A DNA stretch of 64,000 nt from Amoebophrya sp. A120 (taxonomy: Eukaryota > Protista > Dinoflagellata): contig CAJINV010000001.1 of NCBI GenBank assembly GCA_905178155.1, positions 8,401,599 to 8,465,598 of the forward strand, read 5' to 3'. The position numbers and the translations under genes were made by a program. The notes under the pieces were generated by a model. That model was given only the letters and a program-made list of their open reading frames with translations, made no database searches and was not told the DNA's origin. Shown in pieces: positions 47,226 to 60,400 of the stretch (position 1 is its first letter; every line of letters starts with the position of its first letter).

Positions 47226-48786
47226 TCAGTAACTAAGCGAGAGTCCCCCACCGCCGTCGCCTCCACCGAGGTACACGCCGATGAAGAAACTTATTGTGCC
47301 CGCGACCGCGCCCTGGAACAGCATCCAGCAGCCGCCGCTCCAGGGACTCGACTCCGCGATCTTGTTCTTCCAGTAGCCCAGCAGAAACAAGGTCGCGAGA
47401 CTTGCGACGCAGCTGATGAGGAAGCCGTAGTTTTGTACGGTAGCATTGCCGAACAGGAGCTCGACGAGCAAGTACGTCCCCACCGGGACGAGGCCGAACA
47501 CCACAAAGGCGACAAACATGGCGAGTGCCGATTTCCAGCACCCGTCCTCATCCGCGTCGGGGGGAAGGATGCCGATTTCATGGAGCAGCATGTGCTCCAC
47601 CCAAAATTTCGGGTACTTGGACAGCGTGAAAGCCACTTTCTGGGCGTCCTCAATGTTCAGCCCGTGCTGCATGTAGATCTGAATCATCTCCGCGATCTCG
47701 CCTGAAAGGATTTTAAATGCATTCTTTGTGAAAAAGAAAAGATGTTTGGACGCATCGAACATGTAAGTACCCATCATAGGGCCAAGAAAGCAAAGAAAGG
47801 TTGACGAAATCCACATCCAACTACCACGCTTCGTACACGAACAGTATGTAAAATACATACCTTCGGGAAAGTTCTCCACTTCCCACTTTTCCCGGTTCAA
47901 CTCGCGCAACGCAATTTGCCGCTCTGCTTTGCTGGAAACGTACTCGCCAAACGCCATGGAGAACGCACCGGCAAACACCTGCGCGAGCCCAAGTGCGACT
48001 AAATGGGAGACGGAGAGGTTGACGCCAACGGCGCCGGCCAGAAACGCAAAGCTGGTGCTGATCCCGTCGAGACCGCCGAACACGGCTGGCCTCACGTATT
48101 CGCCCTCTTCACTGTACAAATTCGATATTCATATTGATGTTTAAGAGTTGTATGTCTATGAGTAGTATACATGATAGTTGCACTCAGTTGATGAAACCCG
48201 CAGCGCCCGTTGGGGAAGATGCAGTCGCAAAGACAAGATGGACTTTGGTAATATGCGAAATCAAGAAAAAACGAAAGCTTCTTGCGATCTACAAATTCAC
48301 CGAATACAGTGTTTTCTCGTCGTGCGGCGGCGGCAGCGTTCCGTTCCTTATGTGGTCCGCCAGCTTTTGGTGCACCGCGGTGCTCGTTTCCTTGTCGTTC
48401 GCCTCAAAGGCCAACCTTGCTCCGCGCAGCCGCTCCGTAGTCAGCAGCGCTTCGGCCAGAGGGCCACTGGGAACGCCGGGCTGCAGGGACCGGTGGGGTC
48501 CGCTGCTCGTGCGGTCGATCCGCGCGCTCGGCCTCAGTATGGGGCTCACGTTCGCCGAGGAGTGGCGGCTGCGGCTTTGCGTAGAGGAGGTGGAGGACAC
48601 CGGCTGCGCGCCGCCGGGGAAGAGGTACTTCGTGTTCCCACCGGAGCTTCGAGGCTCCGGAGGCGGGCCGCCGGGCAAGCTAGTGTAACCGCCCGACATG
48701 TGCAGCGCGGGAGGCTTGGTCGCGCTAGCTGGAAGGGCAGTCAACGAAATCCGACCCCGGGAGGGCGAGTTGCGAGAGGAGGTCAT
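47226..48786 (-). CDS. VIT1/CCC1 family vacuolar iron/manganese transporter
   Basis: GEYVRPAVFGGLDG, AGAFSMAFGEYVSSKAE, REKWEVENFPEGEIAEM and MFVAFVVFGLVP. Confidence 0.93.
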
Positions 48787-49909
48787 GCGAGTTGTTGGGT
48801 AGTGGAAAATAAATATGACGCAATTTTTTAGCTTTGATCTCGTTAGAAGTCCAATGACTTCGCCGCGCAAATGAACCGGTGGTAAAAGGGTTCGCCTCAA
48901 AGTCGCTTTTTTGTTTTTCTATGGGACACGATTTGCGATTTGGCTTGCTACCGTGGCGCATTATCGCTAATTGTGATGTTTATCATCAAAATTTTTCCTG
49001 TTATAATCGCACAATGCCTTTCCACTGGTACACGTAAAAAGAGATAAACGAACTTTGTTTTTCCTTCGACTTCTTCCTCGCACTCGCGTGTATCAGGAAC
49101 TAACTTCTACCTGCTCAGTATTTGGCTCTGGTTGATCATCGGGCACGTCAGGAAGCCGCTGGAGATAAATCTTCGTCAAGAAGTTAATTGCTGTGTGCTA
49201 AAACCTGGCCCAAAAGTCAGACCTTATCCATCTCCATCTGGATACGATCCTCGTTCACCACAATTTCATGCTGATCAACTCTCCAAGATCGTCCTGAGCC
49301 TGATTTTCATAACTACAGCACTCCGTCTGAAATAAGCTGCCAGAAGTAGACACTGTGCTGCCATAGAACTCCGATTCGCGACCGACGAGTTTCAACAGTG
49401 ACCGCGACCTGTGAGAGGCAACCTGCACCTAGTGTGCGACAGCGACATACAGGCTTCCTACTTACGTTATTTCCTTGTCGTTAGATGTCGTCTTGCTCGG
49501 TTGTACAGTATGTTCATCGTGCTCAGGGGAGGGCCGTACGTGGGCACACAGCTCCATGATCGGCACAAAATTTTAGGAAAAACGGCATGTCTGTTGTCGC
49601 GTGCGGGTAGTTAGTTCTACAAGCGGAGCCTTGAGCTCCTAGGATGTTGGCTGTGATCATCATTCACGGGAAGGCACGTATGCGATCGAAAAGGAAATGC
49701 GTGGCGGCACTAAAAACTTGCGAAAAATTGCTCCGGGGGTGAGGATGAAACGTCTTTATTATCTACAGTGTCTTTTCCACTCGCCACTGCGATTGTGGAG
49801 ACGAGAGTTCCTGTGTATGTAATTTAGAAGTATTTTGTCGTGTCGTCGCTGATATGATGCGGGTGAGAAGGAGCCGATCTATCACTCCTTCTGGGAAATT
49901 ACCATATCC

Positions 49910-52900
49910 TTACGCGTACATTTTGTCGATGGTGTCCTTGTAAAAAGTCACAATCTGTGGTCGCTTCAACTTCAACTGCGCTGTCAGCAGTTCGTTGGTA
50001 TCCGGGGTCCACACGTCTTCGCACAGATGGATTTTCTGCGGATACTCAAAGGCCACCATCTTGGCGCCCTTGCAGTGCGCGTTCACCAGGTCTTTGACTG
50101 CCTTGTTCACCTGTGTAATTATCCCGTGCAGTGATTCCTCGCGGTGCATTTTGATCCCAAGTGATTAAACTCATCTCAACATTTTCAGCATCAACCAGAT
50201 GAACAGTGGATGTAATAGAATCTCCCAAAAACTACATGACCCAAACTAAGTAACAGCAAAAAGAAGCCCGCCATCAAGTTGCATTAAGTACCTTGTCGTC
50301 TTTGCACAAGTCTGCCAGCGATTTCCCTGCTGCCCCCGTGACGCCGGCTTCTTCCGCGACTGCCTTCAGGGCCTTCTCGTTTGGTACGATGAATGCGACG
50401 GGGAAAGCGCCGCCGGTTTTTCCGTACATCATGCAGTTATCCACGAACTGGAGCAGCTTTAGTATGTTTTCAATCTTTGACAGCGCGACGTACTCGCCCT
50501 GCGGTCCCTTCCAGAGATCCTTCTTGCGGTCGATGATCTGCACCACACCGTTGCGATTGATTTGCCCAATGTCCCCGGTGCGGAACCAGCGCACACCGTT
50601 ACCGTCGGTGAAAAAATCCTCCTTATTCTTCTTGTCCAACTCCGGGTCCGGATTGGCCGGATCCTGGTAGTACCCGAGCGTGACTAACGGACCACCGATC
50701 AAAATCTCGCCGCGCGGCATACCTCAAAAGTTTTCGCATTTTTAGTTGCGTGTACGTCTACATGATACCCGCAAGTGGATATTAAAAACTGGGATGTAGA
50801 AGCGCGTCGAATGTCAACAACTACTCCAAACAAGGAAAAGCGCACAAGCTTACTATGCACAGGACATCAAGCATACTTGTACCAATTTTCTTGTTGAAGA
50901 CGTCACTATTCAGGTAGTTGCCATCGGGCCAGTCGTGGAGGCGGAGCATGCAGGACTCGGTTGGTGGCCCGCAAACACCAAAGTCATAATCGGCCCATTC
51001 GCCGACCACTGCGATCGCCATCGTCTCTGTCAGCCCGTACCTGTGGAGTTTTTTTCGAAAGAAAACTTGTGCTTAGCCACTTAAGCGAGCGCGGTGTCCG
51101 ATCGTAGTACCTTCCAAAGATCGTTCGTGCATAATTTGCGAAAAACTAAAACTCTCGTAGTCGTGTTTTCATCAGCAAAATGACACTCGAGATGAATCGA
51201 AGAAGTGTCGTACTTACCCTATCCTTATCGGGCAGCAGAAGATGGTTTGCAGTGCCCGATGGAGGTCCGCCGCCAAAGGTGCGGAGCCACTTGCCATTGC
51301 TTTCACCCGGCCGCCGAGCAGTTGCTGCGGTTTCGAGAAGACGATGGCGTTTGCGATTTTGCTGGCTCCGATCCCCTCGCCGGATTTGATGCTCCTTTCG
51401 CCCTGCTCCAGCGCGTAGTTGAAGAGCCACTTGATGAGCGCTTTCTCGTTGACGCCCTCCATAATCTTGCTGTACACCTTTTCCAGCACGGCCGGCGGCA
51501 AAACCATCAGCGTCGGCTGCGCCAGCTGCGCGTCGCCCATAGATTCGGGAACCTTTAGCTTCACGCCCGACGGGGTTAGCGTGTGCGGGGAGCCGTAAGC
51601 GAGGGCCACGCCGCCGTGCACGCACACGACTTCCGTCGCCAACTCCATGATGTGCGCCATCGGAAGGCACGCCATAAAGACGTTGTCGGGCAGGTCCGGG
51701 TTCTTGCTTTTCGACTTCTTCTTCTTCTCGCCCTCCTTGGGTTGCACAATGCTCAAGGTCCGGCTCGCGCTCACAATGCACGCGACAAAATTCCCGTGCG
51801 ACATTTGCACCCCCTTGGGCGCGCCGGTCGTACCTAAGCAGGAGGTGTGGCGATTTGAGAATTTTTTGCAGTCTGAATAGAGTGTCACCTCGGTATAGTT
51901 TTTTTCCTGGCCAAGGACTGCAGAGGACACTTCTCATATGATGTACATGTGTTTATTCCGCCCTGGTACGTCAAGACAATTGAAGTAAACCTTGATTTTT
52001 ATCCAAGAAGAGTACTTCTAGTTGTCGGTGTTTTATACCTGATGTGTACATAATGACCGCGAGGTCATCTGGGCCGGGCTTGAAGTAGTCATCGGGCTTG
52101 CCCTTGATGATTTCGGCGCCCAGACCCATGCACTCCGTGACCGAAATCACCTTCACCTTTTTCAGCTTCGCCAGCAGCTTTTCGTCCATGTTGTCCCCCA
52201 TGGTGACCACGTACTTTAAACTGGGCAGTTTGTCCACAATGTTCACAAGCACCTTCAGCAACTTGGCATCGCAGATCACGACCTGGATAATTTTCAACGA
52301 ACAAGCAGATAATTACCATCGAAAGAAAACGGAATCATTCGTTTTTTATGCACTTACTTCCTCTATCATGATGCCAGGCGCGCTGCTAGTACAACAACAT
52401 CTTCACTGGAATATTTCTTTAGCTGAGAGCAACTAGGATGAACTCCTGAAGCCGTTTTTTTACCTCAGCCTTTGTTTGATTCATGGCGAACTGGGCTCCG
52501 TCTTCGCCGAGCGTAGCGTAGATGGTAACGATCGGCAGCCCGCGACTTAACGACCCAAGCGCGCACGCGAGCCAGTCGATCTGGGTCTCGGCGTAAATCA
52601 CCACTTTGCTGCGATCAAAGGATTTTTTGCTCTGGTTTCGCTGCCCAATCTTGTCGCAAAACTCGTCAAAGCCGGCGGCGAAAGAGAAAACCTATAAAGG
52701 TATTTATACTTTGTCTCAAATAAACCTCATCCAAAACCACAACCACTGCAGGTCTTCTTCCATGATCCTATGCTTCGGACTAAAAGTCCAAGCTTGATGA
52801 AAATGGAAAGGAAAAATGTGACGAGTTTCATCTGAATTAGTTTCCGCATAAAATTTTCCCGCTAAACTGGATATATTAATGCTTGTCCTTAGTACCTTAT

Positions 52901-53525
52901 GCTTGTATTCGTCGTACGTGAGCCAGGTGTACTTGTTCTCCAGCTCCAACTTTTCAAATTCCTTGCCACCCGGGGTGTCTGCGACCATGGTATGCATTGC
53001 AAATATGTCTGGGTCTGGAAGGGTGGTGGAACTTGTGATCCTGTCTGCGGATTCTAAAAATATGTGTGTTGCATGAGCAGCTAGAGGAGTCCAGTTCTTG
53101 GCCTGCGGAGAGGGCATTCTTCCTGCGTGATAAGCATTACTTAAGCACCCCTCAAAAAACCTGTGATGCTAAGACCTGCGTCACAGACCCCACAGGTCAC
53201 GCAACACGTGCATGACAAACCACGACTCTTCCAGACCCAGACATATTTGCAATCCATACATGTGCGTTTTGATCAACTTCCGGTACCCCGCGCACTTGTC
53301 CTTTCCGCCCCGCTTGCAGCCACTGACAAACACCTCCACCACCGACTTTTCCCCGGTTGGCAGGGTCTTCTTGATGGCAAACGTCCCATCCGCCTTGCGA
53401 TTCTGGGCGTGGTAGAGAATGGGCCCGTACCCCTCCGGCTTGTTGTTCGTTTTCTCGTCGAACAGGCCCCAAGGCGGCGGGCTCTGGGGCATGTCCTCCA
53501 CGGGGAGGGAGGCGCTCACGCCCAT
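49910..53525 (-). CDS. Long-chain acyl-CoA synthetase (ACSL3/4-like), multi-exon
   Basis: AVIMYTSG|TTGAPKGV, LPMAHIMEL, SGSAPL, YGLTET, PRGEILIGGP and WFRTGDIG...IIDRKKDL. Confidence 0.95.
52991..53258. mobile_element. Introner (family A) in acyl-CoA synthetase
   Basis: TATGCATTGCAAATATGTCTGGGTCTGGAAG...CTTCCAGACCCAGACATATTTGCAATCCATA. TSD CATGG/CATGT. Removal gives KTHMVADTPG. Confidence 0.93.
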
Positions 53526-54363
53526 TTTGTCGCGAACAAATAAATTTAGATTTACTCAAGTAAAAGAAAATTACTTCCACAGGAGCACAGTAATACTTCG
53601 CTAGTATCTGGATCTCAATAGAAGAAAAAAGGCCAAAGATTTCCTTTCCGTCAGAAGCTCACGGTTCAAATTGTTATAGCCTAACCGCAGAAAGTTCTAA
53701 TTTGAGAAAAGTTTGATGCTCCAAATTTTACTTAATACCGCAGACCGCCACCGAGAGCGGTCGGCTCTCTGTTTGTGAAATGATACGCCGTCGACATGTT
53801 CAGAAAGTGAAAACGCTTCTTGCCGAATCATATTAAAATACACGTTTACATCCATGATTTTCACGCAGCCGCGAATACTTAGTCGCGTCCCGTGCAACGC
53901 CGCGTCTCGGAGATCTACTGCTAGTGCTGCTGCTGTTTCTATGAGTTTGACTACTCCAAGCTGATGATCATTGACTTACATTTACACTGGTTTTTGTTGC
54001 ACCGATGAACATTAAAAAGTCCGACTTGCGATCAGGTTGAGTGGCGGCAACACGGACCGAAACCAGATACATGCTTGACAGACCACGTTTTCTCTTCTTG
54101 AACACAGCATACTTTTCGTTGTAGCAAATAAACGTGCTCTCTTCTGATTAATGTCAGACTTGTCAGTCCTGTTGCGTTCTTCCAACCAAAACGAAAACTC
54201 GCATGACCATATCTCCAGAAAAATACTGCATGCTTCGAGGCCTGCAAAAACGGCGGATCGCCTTCCCGAACTATCAGAGTCAAAGACCTCCGCGCTAAGT
54301 TTCACACCAGCACCCTTTGACCGAAAGTACAACTAGAGATATTAGATTGCCACGAATCCAGCT

Positions 54364-56160
54364 TCATCCCTTTTTTCTTTTTCTCAAAACGAGCATCATA
54401 TACTTCCCCTGTTCTTTCAAAGGAATCTTCTCGAGAAATTTCCACTGCGCCCCTAGTTGCTGGAGTTTCCAGATGGTCAACGTGGACCCGGCCAGGCCAA
54501 GAAACAGCCCGCCCTCCTTGAGGACGGTCCAGCATTGCTCCATGCAGGTTCGAAACCGCTCGTCGCCCCCGCGGCCGCACAAAAGACTGTCTAGCACGCC
54601 CTTATCCACGACCACATCGACGGAGCTTTCCGGAAGTTGGACCCGCGTGCCGAACTTTTCCTCCACTTCCTCCGGACTCGGTGCCGCTTGCTCTCCTCCT
54701 GTCTTCGCCGCCATTGCGCCGGCGGTGACCGCTCGGTGTGCACCAGCTCCTCTTGGCGCGTCGCCAAACAGCGCGTCGACGTTGGCTGGGGAAGCAGAAG
54801 ATGAAACCATGTCTAAGACGTCCATCAAGGCAAATTGGTGCTGCGGAAACGCTTTCTGCATGGCTTTCAGGCACACGGGCGCGATGTCCGTGTTCAAAGT
54901 GCAAACATAGCCCCCCTGCTTGACCATCTGGATGCCGAACAAGCTCAAGCCGCAGCCGATGTGGAGCACCTTCCAGTGGTAATTTTCCCCCAGGTACTTC
55001 CGGATCCCGTTCGCCGCGTGATGATACTTCACGTTGTAGAACTCTTCGGAGCTGCAGCTACACGCCACCGCTTGCTGTTGCAAGACGTGGGGAGCTGTAG
55101 TTTTTTCTCCCCCTCCGCGGGACGGCGATACGGAGGAGGAATTCGCCCGGCTGCCGGTCTTGTTCGGACTTCTACTGCTGGTGGGCGACGTCGGCGCTGT
55201 GGTCACAGCCGTCTTTGGTGTGATTTGCGTCGAAGCTGCAGGATCTCTAGTAGAAGTACTACTAGTTAACAATCCATCTACCATAATTGTCCCTTCGCCG
55301 CCCTTGCTATCGCTCTTTGGCGGGGACGATTGTTGTATATGCGATAATTGTGCTGATGTTGACGATGGTCCACCTCCTGTCTGTTTACTCTTCGTGGTCG
55401 GAAGTTTCAGCGCCGGAGTACTCCTCTCGCGCAAAAGCCACTCGAATCGGTTGTCCCAGTAACTCATCGTAGCGTACTTGCTAGGGTCCGTGTTACTGTT
55501 GTATCGTTTGGTCCCCAGAAGCGACTCCTCAACGGCGATAGGTTTGTTCGATGGCGAGGCTGAAAGGCTACTTCCTTTATTTCCACCGCTCAGACTTGTT
55601 GCATACGTGATGGTGTTGACCATCATTCCTGCAGCAGCGGGCATCGGTGTACTAGTCCCTCCCGTGGTTGTAGAGGATCCTCCGGTAGTTGCTACACCCG
55701 AAGTAGAGCCACCTCCTCCGCCTACACCCACAGACCGGGCGCGCCCCACGGCCCGCGACCGACCGGAAGACGCGCTCAAGGATCGGCCGCGGTTCATACG
55801 CTCGACGTGGTCGTCCAGCGTGCGGCTTTGGATGGTTTTCCGTGCCACGGATGCAAACAACGCGGCACCGCTCGTTTTACTTAGTTGCTCCGTGGCTGTG
55901 GTGGAGCCTGCTCGGAGATTTTGGTCCCGTATCACTTGCTGCACCACGGGCGCGAGCGAGAGCGACCGGCGACGGCCCGCTGCGCCGGACGGGGTGGCGG
56001 GCTTCGACTGAGCTCTCGCAGGGCCGGCATGAAGTGCCATTTTCTTATTTTCTGTCCTTGTCGTTGCCACTGTGACTGTCTCCTTCTCCTCGGGAGCGCT
56101 TTGCTTGAGTTCAGCTTTGGCGTCCTCTGGAGCCTTACTGGTGCCTTGCAGCTGCGTCAT
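54364..56160 (-). CDS. Class I SAM-dependent methyltransferase (EEF1AKMT4/METTL13-like) with low-complexity inserts
   Basis: YATMSYWDNRF, KVLHIGCGLS, NTDIAPVCLKAM and DVVVDKGVLDSLLCG. Confidence 0.88.
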   Translation of the reverse strand: MTQLQGTSKAPEDAKAELKQSAPEEKETVTVATTRTENKKMALHAGPARAQSKPATPSGAAGRRRSLSLAPVVQQVIRDQNLRAGSTTATEQLSKTSGAALFASVARKTIQSRTLDDHVERMNRGRSLSASSGRSRAVGRARSVGVGGGGGSTSGVATTGGSSTTTGGTSTPMPAAAGMMVNTITYATSLSGGNKGSSLSASPSNKPIAVEESLLGTKRYNSNTDPSKYATMSYWDNRFEWLLRERSTPALKLPTTKSKQTGGGPSSTSAQLSHIQQSSPPKSDSKGGEGTIMVDGLLTSSTSTRDPAASTQITPKTAVTTAPTSPTSSRSPNKTGSRANSSSVSPSRGGGEKTTAPHVLQQQAVACSCSSEEFYNVKYHHAANGIRKYLGENYHWKVLHIGCGLSLFGIQMVKQGGYVCTLNTDIAPVCLKAMQKAFPQHQFALMDVLDMVSSSASPANVDALFGDAPRGAGAHRAVTAGAMAAKTGGEQAAPSPEEVEEKFGTRVQLPESSVDVVVDKGVLDSLLCGRGGDERFRTCMEQCWTVLKEGGLFLGLAGSTLTIWKLQQLGAQWKFLEKIPLKEQGKYMMLVLRKRKKG

Positions 56161-57413
56161 GCCTTGTTCTGTAGTGGTGAGTCTTAGGGTACTTACGCGA
56201 GATTATGCAAATTTCCAGGACCACGCACAGTAAGCTAAGAGCCAATGACTTCTCGATAAAAAGCCCCTACTCTTATAATCATGGCAAACCAGGACGGGAA
56301 CTATCAGAACATGACCGGGCGAAAGAATGTCATGAAGAAGGTTATGGGCATCAAGCATGGAATTTTAGCACAAGGCACCTGATTGAAAGTACTTAGCAAG
56401 AGGCTATCTGCACGAAGGCACGTATCCGCAAACTGCATCCGATTGTACTTAGGTGGGTATGGACGAAACGAAGACGGGTGGAAGGAACGAAATGACCCGA
56501 CGCAACATAAAAGCACGAGTTCTTGGGGTTCTGAGCACGACCAGACGTAGCACGAAGCGAAACGCACAGACCGAAATTTTGTGAAATGAGCTGAAGTACC
56601 GCTAATGTAAGATTTTGGAAAGCTGCAGTACAGGACGATTTTGCTAAAGCGCAAGCACCGAAGGAAAGTGATGAAAGTAGTTCTCCGTTGCAACCGAAGA
56701 GCATACCTTCTGAATCCGCGTACGACAGCAGCTGATTAAGTGTAAGACACTGTTTGTAGTTGAACAACGAATAAAACCAAACTGTTTTTTCTCTTTGAGA
56801 AGTTCGCCCTGCTCGTTTGAAGATGACGAGGTACTGACAACATACTTAATTCCTGCCTGGAGTTCTTACTCCATTGTGCTTTTGGAAACTTCAATCTGCC
56901 ATTGATGTCTTAGAAACAAGTAGTGACGTCCGGTACAAGTAAAAGAATGCTTTGTGATGTAGAAAGAAAACTATAACGTAACTAGTATTGTACACTTCAT
57001 TTTTTAGAAAAAAATCAATGCAAACGAATCAGGAAAGACCAGCAGCATGTTTCATCTACTGCCTATCTGTCTGGATTTTTTGTCTCGGATACGACGAATC
57101 GCGGTCGACTTCACCTTCGGAAGCACTAGATTGTCGTCTTGATCTTGCTCCAGTGTCGCAATGAAATTTTTTTCCTTCCCGCTCAACATACCAGCACACA
57201 GTTTTTGTCGCCGATGATTTTCAGCCTGATGCAACTCCATCCCCTTCTGCAAAGCACGAGCCAGACAAAGTGGATCGAATACTTATTAACGCGAATCCGT
57301 GTCCAGCTGCTCCTGCGATGCTTCTACAAAATTATCGTGTAAGATGTTGACATCTCGTGGGGATGTTGAACAACAATACCGCAGTGGGATGTTGAGCTTT
57401 TGAGAAAAAAACT

Positions 57414-60400
57414 TCACATTTCCATAACTGAAATCGCGCCGTCGTCCCCTGAAGATTTCCGCATGTAATTCTGCAACTCCTTCAGAGTCACTCGCGGTGC
57501 AGGTGGGGCTGCCTCTTGCATCGCCGTCTCGCTAAGCCTTATGGTGGCACTGGATCGTAAAAAATCCTTCTCACTCCCGGGATCGGGACTTATTGCTGGC
57601 TCCTGCTCCACGTTGCTACCTAAATCTATGCCTGTTCTGCCCGCTGGTGCCGGCGTCGCCGGGCTTTTGCCCAGAACGCCTGGCATTCTGTCGTCATTTT
57701 CAAACTCCAAATCTCTGCGCCTCGCGGACGTCGGGTTTTTTCCGCTTTGCTGGTCTGCTTTTTCCTGAGTTGTCTCGTACACTTCTTCTTCGTCTTGGCG
57801 AGCGACCGCCGCCTGCTCCACTTTAGTGCTGCTACCCGCGTTTTCTCCTTTCTCTTCAAATGCCGTTCTTTCCGGGGTCGGAACATTAGAAAAACCGACG
57901 TCGGTCGACGGAACGAAGTCATCCGAGGCTGCGCTGGCCGCAGCGGCCGAGGCGAAATTTGTACTGCCATTGTTCAAAGCACCAGAGGACGATGACGAAG
58001 ACTGGTGGGTCGCCAGTGAGAAACTACCCTGGAGGTGGGTGCGACTCTTCGGCTTTGCTGCTAACGTTTCCTTGGTAGCCACGCGTTGCTGCTTCATGCG
58101 AGCTTTGATCATTTCCAATTGCGACGCTGAAGTCGGCGGTGGCTGTGGAGCCTTCGCGGGTCGTGGGCTCGCAAGAGGTTCTTCTTCTCGACTGGGTATG
58201 TCATCATCTCCGGCGGAGGTCGTTGTGCCCGGGACTGTTGGACTCGCGGCCCTTGAACTTGATTTATGCCGCTCTAGTAGGTTGACAGAGTACTGAAGAA
58301 ACTGCAGCGCCCTCGCACTGCTCGGAAGGGCGGCTGGTGGCAGCGGCCTAGCGCTACTGGGCCCGGCACCGGGCGGAAGGAGCCGAGCGCTACTGGGTCC
58401 GCCGGCACCTCCTCCCTGTGGAACTTCTGCCCTGGCGCTGCTTGGGACTACACCAAGCGTCCCCGGTGCGCCGCCCGGGGTACTTCTACTGCCGGGAGGT
58501 GCGTCTGCACCAGCTCCGGGTGGAGGACTTGGATCCTCTGTGGATGCTGGCTCCGTTTGGATCAACGGCTTCGCCTCGCCTTGCTTGGGCTTCACACAGC
58601 CGATATCCTCCAGCATGTCGCGCACCACCTCGAACGGGTGTGTCAACACTTTCTTCAGCGAGTCCGTCAATTTGATCTCGGGCCTCTTTTTCAACAAAAT
58701 CGCCCGGTCGTCGTCCTGTTCTTTCTGTAAGATGACCATTTCATCCTCCATGTCGTGCTTTAGGAGATCTATCTCTTTCTCCATTTCTGCAATCGTTTTT
58801 TTCTGGGAATGAAGACTCCGCTGGTACGCCGCTCGCCGGGCGGCGGTGGTGCGTTTTCTCGATTTCTGCGCCGCCCGATTCGACGTCGCGTCGCGAGTTC
58901 CTACAGCGTCGTCCGAGAACCGCACCGCCGTGGGGGAGCTGCGGGTGCCCGCGTCCATTTCCTCCGAGATCCGCACCGCGCCCGGCGCGCTACCATCCGC
59001 CAGAATTTTTCTCATGGACAGCCAGTCAGCAGCATCGCCGGTAACATCAGCCAGGATGTCGCCCTTCTCGTCCCGAATGGTCACAGACACCTTCTGCGGT
59101 TCATTATCCGGAACCGAGCCACTGGCCCGCTGGTGCAGCTGGGCGGCCTGGAGAAGGCCGTGCAAGAACGGATGCTGGCGGTCGTCCAGTAATGCTTCTC
59201 GGTCATCCGCCCAAGCACGGGTGTACCCCCTGGTAAATCGCCCATCGTCCTCGGTTGCCGTGGAGCCCCCGCCGGTTGCGCGCCAGCGGTCGGTCCCGGT
59301 GCCGGAGCCCTCGGTCGTAGTGCCGGAGCCCATGGCCGCTGTGCCGGATCCCTCGGCCGCGGTGCCGGTGCGTGTCGGATACGAACTTGCACGCGACGCG
59401 CGCGCGGCCTGCAGCGATTTCCGCGAGGTAGGCGCCGCCTTCGGTGCCGGGGCCATTCGCCGCGGGGAACTGATTTCGCCGTCGGACGAGGCCCGCATTT
59501 GGGGCATCTGCAGTGGTCCCCGCCGACCTCGGGCCGAAATAATTTCCGGTGCGTCGGAATTGCGCGGCATTTTCCCTTTCTTGCCCTTGCTCTTCCGCGA
59601 GGCCGGGGACGAAGCCGGTTTTGGCATGGACGGACGGCTGAACGGTAGGCCCGGCCTGCCCGGACGGGCGAAAGCTTTCCCCATGCCTTCCGACTCGCGT
59701 CCTTCCAACTCCACCTGCGCAGACGGGAGCCAGAAGAACGGTTCTTCGACATCGCTACCGCCCGGCGCCAGGAGCGGTCCAGCACCGTCTACTTCCCCGT
59801 CATACACGGTGGTGGTGTGGCGTAGGCGCTCTATCTGGGATTCGGTCCTGCTGCCACTCGTCGTGTACGAATACTTCGTCTCCATGGAGCGCAACGCTAG
59901 CTCTTCATTCTCGTCGTCCGTCAGCGCTTCCCCGGACACATGGCCCGCGTGGGCCATGAGCGCCAGCTTCTGTGCGTCCACCACCTGGGCCTTCCGCGCC
60001 ATGTGGGTCTCCAGCTCGGTGATGCGCGCGTCGGCCACGCGCCCCTGGTGGTAGTACAGGAAGACGCACGTGCAGAGCAGCAGAATGCCCGCGAGACCGC
60101 AGCCCAGGATCACGAACTTCTGCGTCTCCTGTTCCTCGACCGCCTCCTCATCCGTCACGACGAGCGGGGGCCCCGTCGTTGTGGTCGGGATGGGACCGAT
60201 GATAATTGGGTCCTTCTCGCTGCCCGGCAGCCTGAGCGTCACCGTCGAGTACTCGACGCGGTCTTGCGAAGAAGATGTCGTCGTGGTCACTGACGTTACC
60301 GTCGTCACGGCGGCTGTGCTGGTGGAGATGGGCACAACTATGGGATCTATCATTGTCGTTGTCGTTGTTACCGTTGATGTCGATGTTGTACTGCTACTGG

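Noticed and set aside
8255-53543. Recurring short ORF peptides ([36 protein letters not shown]) suggesting a small protein family
   Set aside because: They are translations of the family A TIR in different frames.
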